This document shows positions 35,593 through 47,744 of a stretch of 64,000 bases of DNA, in pieces. Origin of the DNA: Mobula hypostoma (Eukaryota); assembly GCF_963921235.1 (NCBI RefSeq), contig NC_086097.1, positions 112,160,001 through 112,224,000 of the forward strand. Reading direction: 5' to 3'. Every line of letters starts with the position of its first letter. Within the stretch, counting starts at the first letter, position 1. The position numbers and the translations under genes are program-made. The notes under the pieces were generated by a model. That model did not search any database. It worked only from the letters and a program-made list of their open reading frames with translations, and was not told the origin of the DNA.

Positions 35593-38266
35593 GCTATTTC
35601 CCTTTTTCCTCACATGTAAGTATAAGGTATAATGCATGAATTGATTTAATTTATGTGCCTATTCTGCCTTCTTATTTATTCTTACCACCTTATAATTACT
35701 ACCTTTCAATTACTGTCTCCTGTCATCTACAAATAAATCTTTGACAGGCTTTTGCATTTGGAAAATAGCAATGGTTTCTCATATGTTGAATTTCATACAT
35801 CAACTTAACTATAATTTAAATGCCCAAGCTCAGGTGCAGTGAATTTTACTATCACTATCCCCTGAAGAAGCAAGTAAAAACTTCATCCTAACTAGGAATA
35901 AGACCTAGTGAAGCAATGGGATAAAGGTACACAGAAACATTTTCAGTCACAAATACTGTCTGAATGGAATTACGTGGAAGCAGGAAAGGAGAAGAGGAAA
36001 TGGTGACAAAAATAGACCAGAAAAAATAAGACTTCACTGAATAGAGATTACTGCAGTTATTTTTCAATGAATTCCCTGACTTCCGTTGCTGTGGTTACAG
36101 TGTAGGCAGTTCTAAGCTTTTATCCTGACATGAATCTTACCTAATCAGAGATTAATTGTCTTTAAGGGAAAATGTCCAAAGTAAGCAAGCTTATAATAAT
36201 TATATGGGTTGAAGAAGATAACTGAAGTGAAACAGCAATGTTACAATATTAGTATAATTCTGAAGGCTTATGCACATTTACAATTCATATAACATCAATT
36301 GGTGGGATATTGCTTCCAGTACCTGAACCTTAGTGAGTTTGTTTTTACGGCTATGACACAAAGTTGATTGACCATCCACAAGATTAAATAAGAGCTTCAT
36401 CAGATGTGAAGCATCAACTATTCTAATTAGGATTATAATATCATATTTAAACCTGGTGCTTTTTGAAAAAAATAAAATGATTACATAGTTTTTTATTAAT
36501 ATTCAAACAGTGTATATATTCATATTATTTTATACATTTCCTAGCTCCAGCCTTTGGAGTTTCAAATCAGCTGGCAATGCAAAACACCCAGAAAACAGTG
36601 AGTACAATAAGCATTAAATATTCAACAATTATTGCAAACATATAGTCAACAAAGAGAAAGAATGCATTCATGTTTTTTTGTTTCAGTTTAATTCAGAAAT
36701 AAGTGATTTCTCAATAAATTAATAGCTTTGTGTTGTTCAGATTCCCACCCCATCACATGTGAGTTAACATAAAGACCCTATAGGTTCCTTTTCAAGAGAC
36801 AGTTTTGTTGCTAGGCTCCCTGCAACATCCCACTGTGAGACACGGCACGTAAAGCATTCTGTTTTCTCAATCCATGCATTTCAGTAAAAACACACAGTTA
36901 AACAACCAGTGACCAATTACCAATGAACAGAAATTAGAAAATATATTTTCAAAAACAATAGACAGCAGAGACAAATTTACCCTAGAGATAAGAACAGCAT
37001 GTTTCACAATTCAGGTAGCAATATTAATATGATTTAATCAGTATTGGCTAGCTATGATTTTTCAATGATTAAAAAAGCTCCATTGATGGGTTTATGCACT
37101 GAAGTTCTAGCACATTATAGGCAGTATAACATGCAGAAAAGAACAAACAGTCTGAGAATGCAGTTTGAAGATAAATAACAGGAGAAAATGACAAGAGGAA
37201 ATAATATTTTAATTAGTTCAGTCTCTGCTCACCGCCATAGATTCATGATATTCATCTTTACTAATAAATACTGAGCTTTAACAGAGGTGGCAATCATAAC
37301 TACGATAATCAGGTATACTAACCAAATAAATTGATTGCACATCTAGTTTTGCACAGTATCGATATTTAGTAACTCATTATTTTTTCTCAATTAAAGTGAA
37401 GATAGGTTATATAAAAGCACTCTGAGGTTTATATATTTTCCGTTGTTGAGGATACTTGCAATAACCCCAGCCTTACAATGAAGATAGTTGTGCTAGGTAT
37501 CAGGATATTTGATCCAGTTTGTCTTTACTGCTTCTATACGGTGATCATTTTTGCAACAACCAGCTCAACAGTTTGATATTGAACAATCTGACACACAGCA
37601 TTAAAAATCGCTTCATGTAATCTTTGTCGTAAATTGGTGCTAAAGTCTGATTCTAAATGACAAAATGAACAAGTAAGCAGGCTGACATATTCCATTTCTG
37701 GCACGGGATGTAAAGCAAATGCTTTATTTTTCAATTTAGAAACTGAATGCCATCTTGAATCTTTGTGTTTTATTAAAAGTTAAAGAAAAACAATTTGCTC
37801 ATTTAGCCATAAAATATATTCACTTGCACAATACTTAAATGGCTGAGAGGAAGTAGGTGAGAAACAGATTGAATGAACTAAAGGAGTGTTTATTTAAGAG
37901 AGAAAGAGAGAGTGATCGACTAAAAGCAGGAGATGAAATGACAAAACATGGCTGGATTCTTTACTCTTCATTGTTAACTCATGAAAATGAAATCAAATCA
38001 ATGTATCTACTGCTATGGTTAGTTAGGAAAAAAACTCTGATATTATAAAAATATGTACTTTCTTCATGATTTTTATTTTGCTTAAATTGATTCGTGTATA
38101 ATTAATAAGCAGCAGAGAGTCTATATGACTTTAAAGATAGTTTCTATCACTTTGCACCAACTTCAATCTACATTCTACAATAGGATCACCTTTATACTTT
38201 AATCTTATGTCAACTGGCAATCAACAGGTACAGTAGAGGAAGAGGTTTCTTAACTAATTTTCTTAC

Positions 38267-38405
38267 CTCCATCCCCTTCATCGAAAGAATTCATGCATGG
38301 GAAATAAACAGCCAAAGCTTCAAAAGATGCAGATAAGCTTATTCGGCTCGGTGACCTCTGCATTCGCAAACTGGCATTTCCAGTATCTGGTCCTTGCCTA
38401 ACCAT
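38267..38405 (-). CDS. RIMS2: RIMS2 gamma-isoform-specific first coding exon (139 nt)
   Basis: Manual translation: MVRQGPDTGNASLRMQRSPSRISLSASFEALAVYFPCMNSFDEGDG(E). It resembles the mammalian RIM2-gamma N-terminus as I recall it (MGRQG...MQRSQSRSSLSASFEALAGYFPCMNSLEEEEG). Good Kozak context (CCAAGATGG); donor G|GTAAGA in phase 1, matching the next exon. Not in the ORF track. Confidence 0.92.
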
Positions 38406-38900
38406 CTTGGTCGACCCTCCTTTAGCGCGATACAGGACACGAGGCGTCTTGACGGTTGTTCTGAACAGATCCTATTAAGAAATATTGGGGGATGATTTTC
38501 CCGTGTTCTGGCAGGGCCAGGAGACCTCCTGTGTTTTGTTTTCTGTCGCAAAGCCGTACTTTGCAGATTATTCAGTCATTTACTCTGCACAGAAAGGGGG
38601 TGGGTTTTCTAAAGACATATCCTCTGTAGCATCAGATAACTGAACGTATACACTTTGTCCACAATTGAAGTCAAACACAGTCCTCCTCTTCCTGACAAAT
38701 GAAAGAAGCCTCGTTGACTCCTCTGCTTTCTCTTCCTCTGGAGCTCTCTGCCTCCTGCTTTACCCTGCTCATTGATTCACAAAAGAGCTCTGAGAAGATG
38801 CTGACTGGAAGGTAGCTGGCTTCTGTGTGCAGCCAATCAGATTGCAAGAGGAGGAGAGCATCTTGCACTCTCCAGCATAAAACAGTTAGCACTTTAGCAG
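38406..38900 (-). promoter_or_regulatory. RIMS2: Putative 5'UTR and internal promoter of RIM2-gamma
   Basis: Directly upstream of the gamma ATG; local CpG enrichment (~38340-38560); NF-Y consensus AGCCAATCAG at 38831-38840; GGGGGTGGG box near 38596; TE-free surroundings. Confidence 0.55.
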
Positions 38901-39764
38901 GCACAGGATGTATTATTTTGCGAAGCAAACAGTTATTAAATTGTGGCTTTTGAAGTCGTTCACTTTTGAAGCTCAGGCATTGATCAAAAACTCCAGGGAC
39001 AATCTTTGCAAAATTATTGACAATGAAAATCATCTTTAGGCAGAATTCTGATGCAGAAAATCATCTGCCGGAACTGCTCATTACAATGTTCAGAACTTGG
39101 ATAATTATTATATAATAATTCTCAGTAATTTATTTAGAGATAAAGTTTATTAAAAGCTCAATAATTTAAACACACATTACTTCTAATCTCTTTTCTGGGA
39201 TACATTTCTTTAGTATGTAACACAACTATTACACTTCACATGGTTGAGGTTGTAATGAACTAGCAACACAGATGCCGCCTGACCTGCTGAGCTCCCCCAG
39301 CATCTTGTGTGTGCTGCGTTGAACTGGGAAATGTTCCTTTGAACTGCATTATTCCTGAAGACTCTATCAAAACTCAAGAACTAATCACAATGCTAACTGT
39401 TATTAAGCAAATGTGAAGTACTGAAGTAAAAGACTAGGCTTGAAAGTCTATTGTGTCACTTTCATGTACTCGGTGATACATCTGATTTTGTCAACGGAAT
39501 AGTCATGATAAGATAATTTTTCTGTTAGCTACGCTTTGTTACTACGCAGTTTAAGTGCATGAAATTGATTTTATGCACTTAACTGTAAATATCCTTCGCT
39601 CAGTATAATTTTGTTTTTGACATATTTCTGTTCTTTTATTGGAGGAAGTTGCCATAACTTTGTTTTCTCTGCCCCTTAAAAAGATTGCCAGGTAAATGGA
39701 CTTTGTTTACTATACAATAGGACACTGACTGTGAATCCTATACCCTTCATCTCCAGTCCATCAA

Positions 39765-40290
39765 GTTCAAACTTTAAATTAAAATTTTTATCAAAATACA
39801 CATATGTCACCATAAAATACCATGAGATTCATTTTCTTGCGGGCATTCACAGTAGAACAAAGAAATATAATAGAATCAGTGAAGAACTACACACGAAGAC
39901 TAACAAATAACCAATGTACAAAAGGAGACAAACTATGCAAATGCAAATAAAGCAAACAATAATAATAATAAAAAAAATGAATAATACTGAGAACATGACT
40001 TGTAAAGTCCTTGAAAGTGAATCCACAGGCTGTGAAATCAGTTCAAAGTTGAGGTGACAGAATGTATCCATGTTGGTTCATGAACCTGACAGTTAACGGG
40101 TAATAATTGTTCCTGAACCTTACGGTGTAGGACCTAAGACTCCTGTAACTCCTTCTGGCAGTAGCAAGAAGAGACCATAGCCTGGATGGTGGCAGTCCTT
40201 GATGTTTTCATCTTATGGCAGTGCTCCTTGTTCATATATGTGCACAATGTTGGGGAAGAATTTTCCTGTGATGGACTGGGCTGTAACTTC
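39765..40290 (-). mobile_element. Rex1/Babar-like LINE 3' fragment
   Basis: Begins AAGTTCAAACTTTAAA; reverse complement resembles 21560-22078. Confidence 0.7.
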
Positions 40291-40934
40291 GTATCAGCCA
40301 TAATTATACTGTGGAAATATTTTCTGAAAACTGATTGGTAATTGCAATAAACATTTTGTGAAATCACATCATTATGATTTTTAAATTCAAATATATGCTT
40401 TATAAAGAGCACGAGACTCAAACTTAGGAGCAAGTTTTGACTAGAATATGAAGCCAATATTGAATCCTTTAAAGTGTTCACCCTCCCTGGAAGGTTTGTA
40501 AAATAAGTCTTTTATTTGGTATTGCTAAGGGCTCATGGACACAATTTCTACCTCAGGTGACTGTCTTCATTGGCATGATGTTCTAAACCTATCAGGTAGG
40601 TATGATTCCTATTCCTGTTACGAATGGTCATTAAGAGATTAACTCCAGCCCTTTAGTGACTGACACGTCTATGTCTAACCAGTGATACTGAACATGCAAG
40701 AAACTTTCTTAAGGAAAACGATGAATAGCGCATTTCAACTATTATTTTTTGAACAAATTCAGGAGCTCAGGAAAACACCTTGGATGGTATGAATGACTGG
40801 GGCTGAAGGGCTTATTTCTAAGTCGTATATCTCTGTGAATCTAAAGTTTGTGTCACTAAGAATAATATATTTAGTCTTTTACATTTGTATAGTTCACAGT
40901 TATGGTCTTCAGTCTCTTACTGTTATCTTTATAG

Positions 40935-41226
40935 GGTGCCACAGTAGTATAGTAGTCAGCACGCCACTATAACAGCTTGGGGCATCAGAGTTTAGAGTTC
41001 AATTCCGGTGACCCCTGTAAAAATGTTTGTACGTTCCTCCCCTCTGTGTGTGGATTTCCTCTGGGTGCTCCAGTTTCCTCCCACAGTCCAAAAGTCCACT
41101 GATTAGTAGGTTAATTGGTCATTATAAATGTTCCTGTGTCCTGTGATTAGGCTGTGATAGGTGGGTTGCTAGGTGGTGCGGCTCAGTGGACCAGAGGGAT
41201 GTTCTGCACTGTATCTTTAAATAAAA
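40935..41226 (+). mobile_element. tRNA-derived V-domain SINE
   Basis: A-box-like TAGTATAGTAG, B-box GTTCAATTCC, V-core GGATTTCCTCTGGGTGCTCCAGTTTCCTCCCACAGTCCAAA, A-rich tail. Confidence 0.8.
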
Positions 41227-41744
41227 ATAAATCTATATATATATTTCACTTTTATATATAAAAGTGAATGTTCTCAATTCTGCAATTAGCAATCCAGTGC
41301 TTTACACAGGCTGTAGAGTTTGCCTGAATGTGAAACAGTATTTATGCAGCATAACAGGACCTGCTGAACTTGCATTGAATCAGCATTTCATGTTGAGTGA
41401 ATGATCACCTGGACAATAATGTGTTGAGAGAGTGAATGAAAACAGCAAATGAAATCAGGCAATTAAATTGCCCAGAAAAGTGATGGCTTTAGTAGCAAAT
41501 GAGATCATTACCTCTTTCCTTGTAATAAAATGACAGCAATAGGAATTTTTGGCATATTAAAACGGAATGTGAATAAATCAAAACACACACATCTAGAATG
41601 GCTTGTATAGCTGCAACCAAAAGCAACAATCTTTATTGCTGCAATGTAGGTTATTAATATCATCTGTGCCATACTCTTACCAACATATACAGAACAACCT
41701 GACAATCTATTAACCAAATTCTCATGCATGACTTATCACAGTAG

Positions 41745-42405
41745 GGCACTGAAGAGTACTGTAGAACAAAGGGATCTGTGAATACAGGTCCATAATTTAT
41801 TGAAAGTTTGGTACAGGTAGAGTTGTAAAGAGAGTTTTTGGCACAATGATATTCATAAGAGATGGGATGTTACGTTAAAGTTATATAAGACGTTGGTGAG
41901 GCCTAATTTGGTGGTCAATTTTGGTCACCTACCTACAGGAAAGATGTAAATAAGATTGAAAGATTACTGAGAAGATTTACAAGGATGTTGCCAGGTCTTG
42001 AGTACCTGAGTTATAAGGAAAGATTGAATAGGTTAGGATTTTATTCCTTGGAATGTAGAAGATTGAGGTATACTAAATTACGAGGGGTATAGATAGGGTA
42101 GATGCAAGCAGGCTTTTTCCATTGAGATTGGGTGGAACAATATCAAGAGGTCATGGGTTAAGGGTGAAAGGTGAAATGATTAAGGGGAACATGAAAGGAA
42201 ACGTCTTCACTCAGACAGTTGTGAGAGTGTGGAATGAGCTGCCAGCACAGGTGGCAGAAGCGATTTTGATTTCGATATTTAAGAGAAGTTTGGATAGACA
42301 CATGGGTGGTAGGGGTGTGGAGGGCTATGGTCCCAGTGCAGGTCGATATGAGTAGGCAGCTTAAAAGGTTTTAGCATGGACTACCTGTGCTGTACTTCTT
42401 TATGA
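41745..42405 (+). mobile_element. Degraded CR1 LINE 3' fragment
   Basis: ORF 42122..42355 RGHGLRVKGE...FTQTVVRVWNELP; related to 19005-19568. Confidence 0.85.
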
Positions 42406-42917
42406 TGTTTGTCATGTTTGTGGTGATTGTTTTGAGAAAGGTGTCTCAATTTCATGTTACCCCTTCCCTGCTAATGCCACAATAAAATCTTCAATATTGT
42501 CACATCCTATGGAAGGTACTTGCTCATAAGAAATTACTGCTAATGTTGGATTTCTGAAATTAAAAAAAAGTTTGAAATAGCAGATCTTGCTACATCCTTT
42601 ATTTTTATTCAATAAAGGGATGTTGGTGTCTTGGGCTGAGCCAACATTCCTAGTTGTCCTTTGGAAGATAGTGGTGAACTACTTTCTTGAACCTTTGCAG
42701 TCTTAGAGGTGTGGGTATACTGAAAGATGAGCAGTGTCGACATTCATCCTGAAAATCTATCATCAGTTCTGAGGAAAATCTATGATCAGTGACTATCAAC
42801 ACTGAATTTTAGACCAGGCCCCTATGACAAATGCTGAAAAATGCCACAGAACCTCCAGCTGAGTCCTATGCTGATACAACAGGTCTGCACCATTCAATAT
42901 TAGGTACTTATTCATAG

Positions 42918-43192
42918 AGATACCATGCAGAATAGGCCCCATAGGCCCTTTCAGCCGCACCACCCAGCACCCCCCCCAATTTGAACCCTAGCCCAATCAC
43001 GGGACAATTTATAATGACCAACTAACCTACCAAATGGCATTTCTTTGGAATGTGGGAGGAAACCAGAGCACCTGGAGGAAACCCATGCAGTCCAGGGAAG
43101 AATGTACAAACTCCTCATAGACAGCGGTTGGAAATGAAGCTGGGTCACTGGTACTGTAAAATGTTGTGCTAACTAGTACGTTAAGGTACCAT
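42918..43192 (-). mobile_element. V-domain SINE
   Basis: TGTGGGAGGAAACCAGAGCACCTGGAGGAAACCCATG is the reverse complement of the V-core. Confidence 0.8.
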
Positions 43193-43524
43193 CAGACATA
43201 TAACACAATCAAATACATGTTGGACGCTATATAATGTTATTACTGGTTCTGACGAAAGGTCACTGAACTGACATCTTAAGTCTGTTTCTTTTTTCACAGA
43301 TGCGGCCTAACCTGATGAGTTTCCTCTTCTTTTTTTGTTCTTTTTATTTCAGGTTTCCAGAATCTGCAGTCTTTTGCTTCTAAGTTTAAAAAATGACATC
43401 TAATGAGGATGCTATCATTCATTATGAATTAAAATGCTGATCGTCAAAACCAAGTATGTGCTTTAACCTCTTTGTTAATCTGTGCCCGTTCATTGAACTG
43501 CAGAAACGACATCACATCGGTTTG

Positions 43525-44672
43525 AATTCTTTGAGGAAATAACAGGCAGGATAGACAAAGGAAAGTCAGTGGATGTTGTTTACTTGGATTTTCAGAAGGC
43601 CTTTGACAAGGTGCCACACACGAGATAAGAGCCTGTTATATTACAGGAAGATACTAGCATGAATAGAAAATTGGCTGATTGGCAGCAGGCAAAGCGAGGG
43701 GATAAAGGGAACCTATTCCATTTGGCTGCCTGTGACTCATAGTGTTCTGCAGGTGTCAGTGTTAGGATCACTTCTTTTCATGTTAGATTTCAACAATTTG
43801 GATGATGGAATTGATGGCTTTGTGGCCAAGTTTGCAGATAAGTGAAGGGGTAGGTAGTGTTAAGGAAGCAGGGAGTCTGCAGGAGGACTTGGACAGATTG
43901 GGAGAATGGGCAAAGAAATGGCAGATGGAATATTACACTAGTCCTATAGAAGTGTAAGGATGCATACTTTGGTAGAAGGAATAAAGGTGCAGACTGCTTT
44001 GTAAATGGAGAAAATTCAATATTCAGAGTTGCAAGATTCCCTAAAGGTTGACTTGTAGGTTTAGTCAGCGGTAAGAAAGGCAAATTCAATTTTAGCATAC
44101 ATTTTGAAGGACTAGAATATAAGAGAAGAATGTGATGCTGAGGCATTCCTCAGAATGCTCTTCGATTATTGTGAGCAGTTCTGGGCCCCAATCTAAGAAA
44201 AAATGTGCTGGCATTAGAGAGGGTCCAGAGGAGGGTCACAAGAATGATTCTGGGAATGAAAGGGTTCAAGTATGAGGAGTGTTTGATTACTCTGGGCACG
44301 TACTCTTAAGAACTGGGGGGGATTCTCATTGAAACCCATTGAATATTGAAAGACCTAAACTTGATGGATATGGAGAGGGTGTGTCTAGGACTGCCTCAGA
44401 ATAGAGGGAAGTCCATTTAGAACAGAAATAAGAAGGAAGTTCTTAAGCAATAGGGTGGCGAGTCTGTGGAATTCACTGCCACACATAGCTGTGGAGACAA
44501 GTCATTGGGTACATTTAAAACAGAGGTTGTTGGGTTCTTGATTAGTAAAGGCATCAAAGGAATGTGGTTGAGAGGGATAATAAATCAGCCATGAAGAAAT
44601 AGTAGAGCAGACTTGATGGGCTGAATGGCCAAATTCTGCTCCTATGTCTTCTAGTTTTATGGTCTATGGTCT
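43525..44672 (+). mobile_element. Degraded CR1 LINE (RT to 3' tail)
   Basis: VDVVYLDFQKAFDKVPH remnant, KFAD, many frameshifts; tail TATGGTCTATGGTC. Confidence 0.88.
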
Positions 44673-45481
44673 AAATGGCTGAGTTAGTACAACAAAACAC
44701 AGTAAAGATGAAAAGAAACATACTACAACAATCACCCAGACACCAGGCACGACAAAAACATTTAAAGCCTAGATGACGCAGCAAATTGCTCCTAACATCT
44801 GGGGCCCCTGTCAAAATTGTGAGAGTTGAGGCCAGTCAATCTCATCATGGTCAAGCTCGCAGGATTATGTCTTTAGGCAATGCTCCAGAATTTCCATTTT
44901 TGATTTTGTCCCACAGTGAGGACGGACCCACCAGATGCTGAGGGCCAGTATATATTGAAAAGCAAGGAATCCAATCATCCTCAGCACTGAATTCAGACCT
45001 CATTGGTTCCATGGCAATAGGTCAATTGTTCTGTTCATTAGCATTCACCTCCCTCATGCTGCTGGTGAACTTATCACATATCTTGGAAAAAGACTTTGAG
45101 TAGCATGGATACAGAGGCTGGGGTTTCCAGAAGCTGCTGACTGCCAAAGTGATAACTGATCTGCTGTGATACACTCTCAGAACATAATTTCACAGCTATT
45201 TGAAATTCCACTGCATAAGATTTCTTCATAATCTATAATACTGGGCTCGTACACCAACCTAGCTCATTAGCCAACTCTGTTAACAGCCACGTGACTAGGT
45301 GGTGAGAAGGCTACCTTTCAAGAGCAATATACATCTAGAGTTGGTATGATTTGGGGTTCAACTAAACAAGTATGTTGGGACGTTCCGATTAAAGGAGCCT
45401 CGATTTGAGCGAATGCTGTGTAACACTGCCCATACACAGTTATTGGTAATCCAGAAATGACAGATCGCACACCAGCATAAA

Positions 45482-46232
45482 TGGGGAAAGAATTCAAAGT
45501 TCTGAGATGCAACGGGACTTGGGAGACCTTGTACAGGATTCCCTTAAAGTTAACCTCCAGGTTAAGTCGGTAGTGAAGAAGGTGAATGCAATGTTGGCAT
45601 TCATTTCTAAAGGAATAGAGTATAGGAGCAGGGATGTGATGTTGAGGCTCTATAAGGCGCTGGTGAGACCTCACTTGGAGTACTGTGGGCAGTTTTGGTC
45701 TCCTTATTTAAGAAAGGATGTGTTGACGTTGGAGAGGGTACAGAGAAGATTCACTAGAATGATTCCGGGAATGAGAGGGTTAACATATGAGGAACGTTTG
45801 TCCGCTCTTGGACTGTATTCCTTGGAGTTTAGAAGAATGAGGGGAGACCTCATAGAAACATTTCGAATGTTAAAAGGCATGGACAGAGTGGATGTGGCAA
45901 AGTTGTTTACCATGATGGGGGAGTCTAGTACGAGAGGGCATGACTTCAGGATTGAAGGGCGCCCTTTCAGAACAGAAATGCGAAAAAATTTTTTTAGTCA
46001 GAGGGTGGTGAATCTATGGAATTTGTTGCCATGGGCAGCAGTGGAGGCCAAGTCATTGGGTGTATTTAAGGCAGAGATTGATAGGTATCTGAGTAGCCAG
46101 GGCATCAAAGGTTATGGTGAGAAGGCGGGGCAGTGGGACTAAATAGGGTAAAATGGATCAGCTCATGATAAAATGGCGGAGAAGACTCGATGGGCCGAAT
46201 GGCTTACTTCTGCTCCTTTGTCTTATGGTCTT
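45482..46232 (+). mobile_element. Young 5'-truncated CR1 LINE
   Basis: Open ORF 45507..46142 (ORF2 C-terminus); tail TCTTATGGTCTTAT; TSD ATAAA at 45477-45481 and 46233-46237. Confidence 0.92.
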
Positions 46233-46683
46233 ATAAAGTTATAAAGAAAGTATATTTACCATTTTTTCAACTTTATCAAAGAGTTAACAGAGAAAAGAAA
46301 AAGAAGGATAAAAGGGCCCATTACAGTTAAATCAGTTTAAATGTGCACATAAACGTTGCAGCTCGTTTCTGTAGTATCTGGGTGAAACAATCCACTCACA
46401 ACACTGAATTGTTATCATCAACTGTAAGTAGAACTTTGCTTCTTGGCATCCTCCATCTCACGAACCTTCCTTGCAATAGGGACTCCCTTTCGGATGGGAT
46501 CCTCCAAGTGCCTTCCCTGGTGCTCTTCTCCCTGCACCTCCCGCCAAAAAGCCCCAAACTAGGCTACTGTCCTTTAGAAATCCCTTCCCACAATCCTGAT
46601 TGGCTAACACCACATTCCTGAATCAGGCAGCATGGCTCGTTATCCTTAGCCGAAACCAAAATACTCTTACTAGCAGGTCACAC

Positions 46684-47008
46684 ACACATAAAAGTTGCTG
46701 GTGAACGCAGCAGGCCAGGCAGCATCTATAGGAAGAGGTACCGTTGACGTTTCCGGCCGAGACCCTTCGTCAGAACTAACTGAAAGAAGAGATAGTAAGA
46801 AATTTTGAAAGTGGGAGGGGAGGGGGAGATCTGAAATGATAGGAGAAGATGGGAGGGGGAGGGATGGAGCTAAGAGCTGGAAAGTTGATTGGCAAAAGGG
46901 ATACAAGGCTGCAGAAGGGAGAGGATCTTAGATGTTGCCTGGCCTGCTGCGATCACCAGCATTTTTTGTATGTATTGCTTGAATTTCCGGCATCTGCAGA
47001 TTTCCTCG
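46684..47008. mobile_element. Fold-back Penelope-like terminal insertion with 16-bp TSD
   Basis: Minus-strand terminus (~46684-46928) fused to a plus-strand terminus (~46929-47008); direct repeats TACTAGCAGGTCACAC at 46668-46683 and 47009-47024. Confidence 0.88.
46743..46776 (-). ncRNA. Minimal type I hammerhead ribozyme motif, best-preserved copy
   Basis: Minus strand: GUU-CUGACGA-A-GGGU CUCG GCCG-GAAAC-GUC-AAC. All core nucleotides are present; G.G mismatch at the base of stem II. Confidence 0.65.
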
Positions 47009-47744
47009 TACTAGCAGGTCACACTGTTTCTACAGAAACTGCTGAAATAAAATACCTTGCAGCATAGCAGTAGTAATCTTAACCAGAGCACTACACAGGT
47101 AGGAGACAAAATCTAGTTCGATGAGAGGTATGAACAACAGGACAGCAGCAGTGTTAGGTACACTAAATATGTTGAAGCTGCAACCAGGTGAAGCAAAGCC
47201 TCTCAAGGTGCTTCACAGAGGAGTTATTGATGAGGTGTTAGGCGGTTTGGCCAAATCAACTGATTTTAAGAGTACCTTAAAAAATACAGAAGAGACATAG
47301 AGCAAATTTAAAAGCTTCCTTGGCATTAAAGAAATAGTTTTCAATAATAGAACAATTAAACTTGGAGAGGATCAAGTAGCTTGAATTGGAAATACATATT
47401 TCTCCAGGGGAGATGGGACAAGGGAAAATTACATAGGTTGGGATTCATGCAGAGATTTGAAAATGGATGAGAATTTCTAAAACTACATGTCACGTAAAAT
47501 GGGCAACAAACATGGAGGTGAATGGTGAATGAGACAGTCTGACTTAGGAGATGGGCAGTAAAGTAACAGATGAATAACGGAGGGGGCAAGGCTAGGAGTA
47601 CCGAGGAAGAGGTAAGCGAAAGTAAAGGATGAGGATCTCAGCAGGAAATCAGTTTAAGGAGGATTGAATCAGGGCATAGGAAGGAAGAGTACAGTAGTCT
47701 TACTAACAGTGTGGATATGTAGAAAAAGCTCAGGTCTCATTGAA

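Larger units (their letters stand above)
45419..47095. mobile_element. Possible solo-LTR-like host element carrying nested CR1 and Penelope insertions
   Basis: TGTA...TACA termini; ~0.6 kb after removing the two TSD-flanked inserts; no clear TSD of its own. Confidence 0.35.

Noticed and set aside
7007..38405. Assignment to RIMS1, RIMS3 or RIMS4
   Set aside because: The gamma-type first exon, LIFPGVRLASDSQFSDF, HKSFMG and the GPSYxRS ending fit RIMS2, despite a few RIMS1/3-like residues (LEELDL, WYKLFPT).
38671..39033. 120-aa minus-strand ORF upstream of the gamma exon
   Set aside because: No recognisable domain or splice support; it overlaps the presumed promoter and is consistent with chance.
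40935..41015. tRNA gene
   Set aside because: Only degenerate A/B boxes forming the head of a V-SINE; no cloverleaf.
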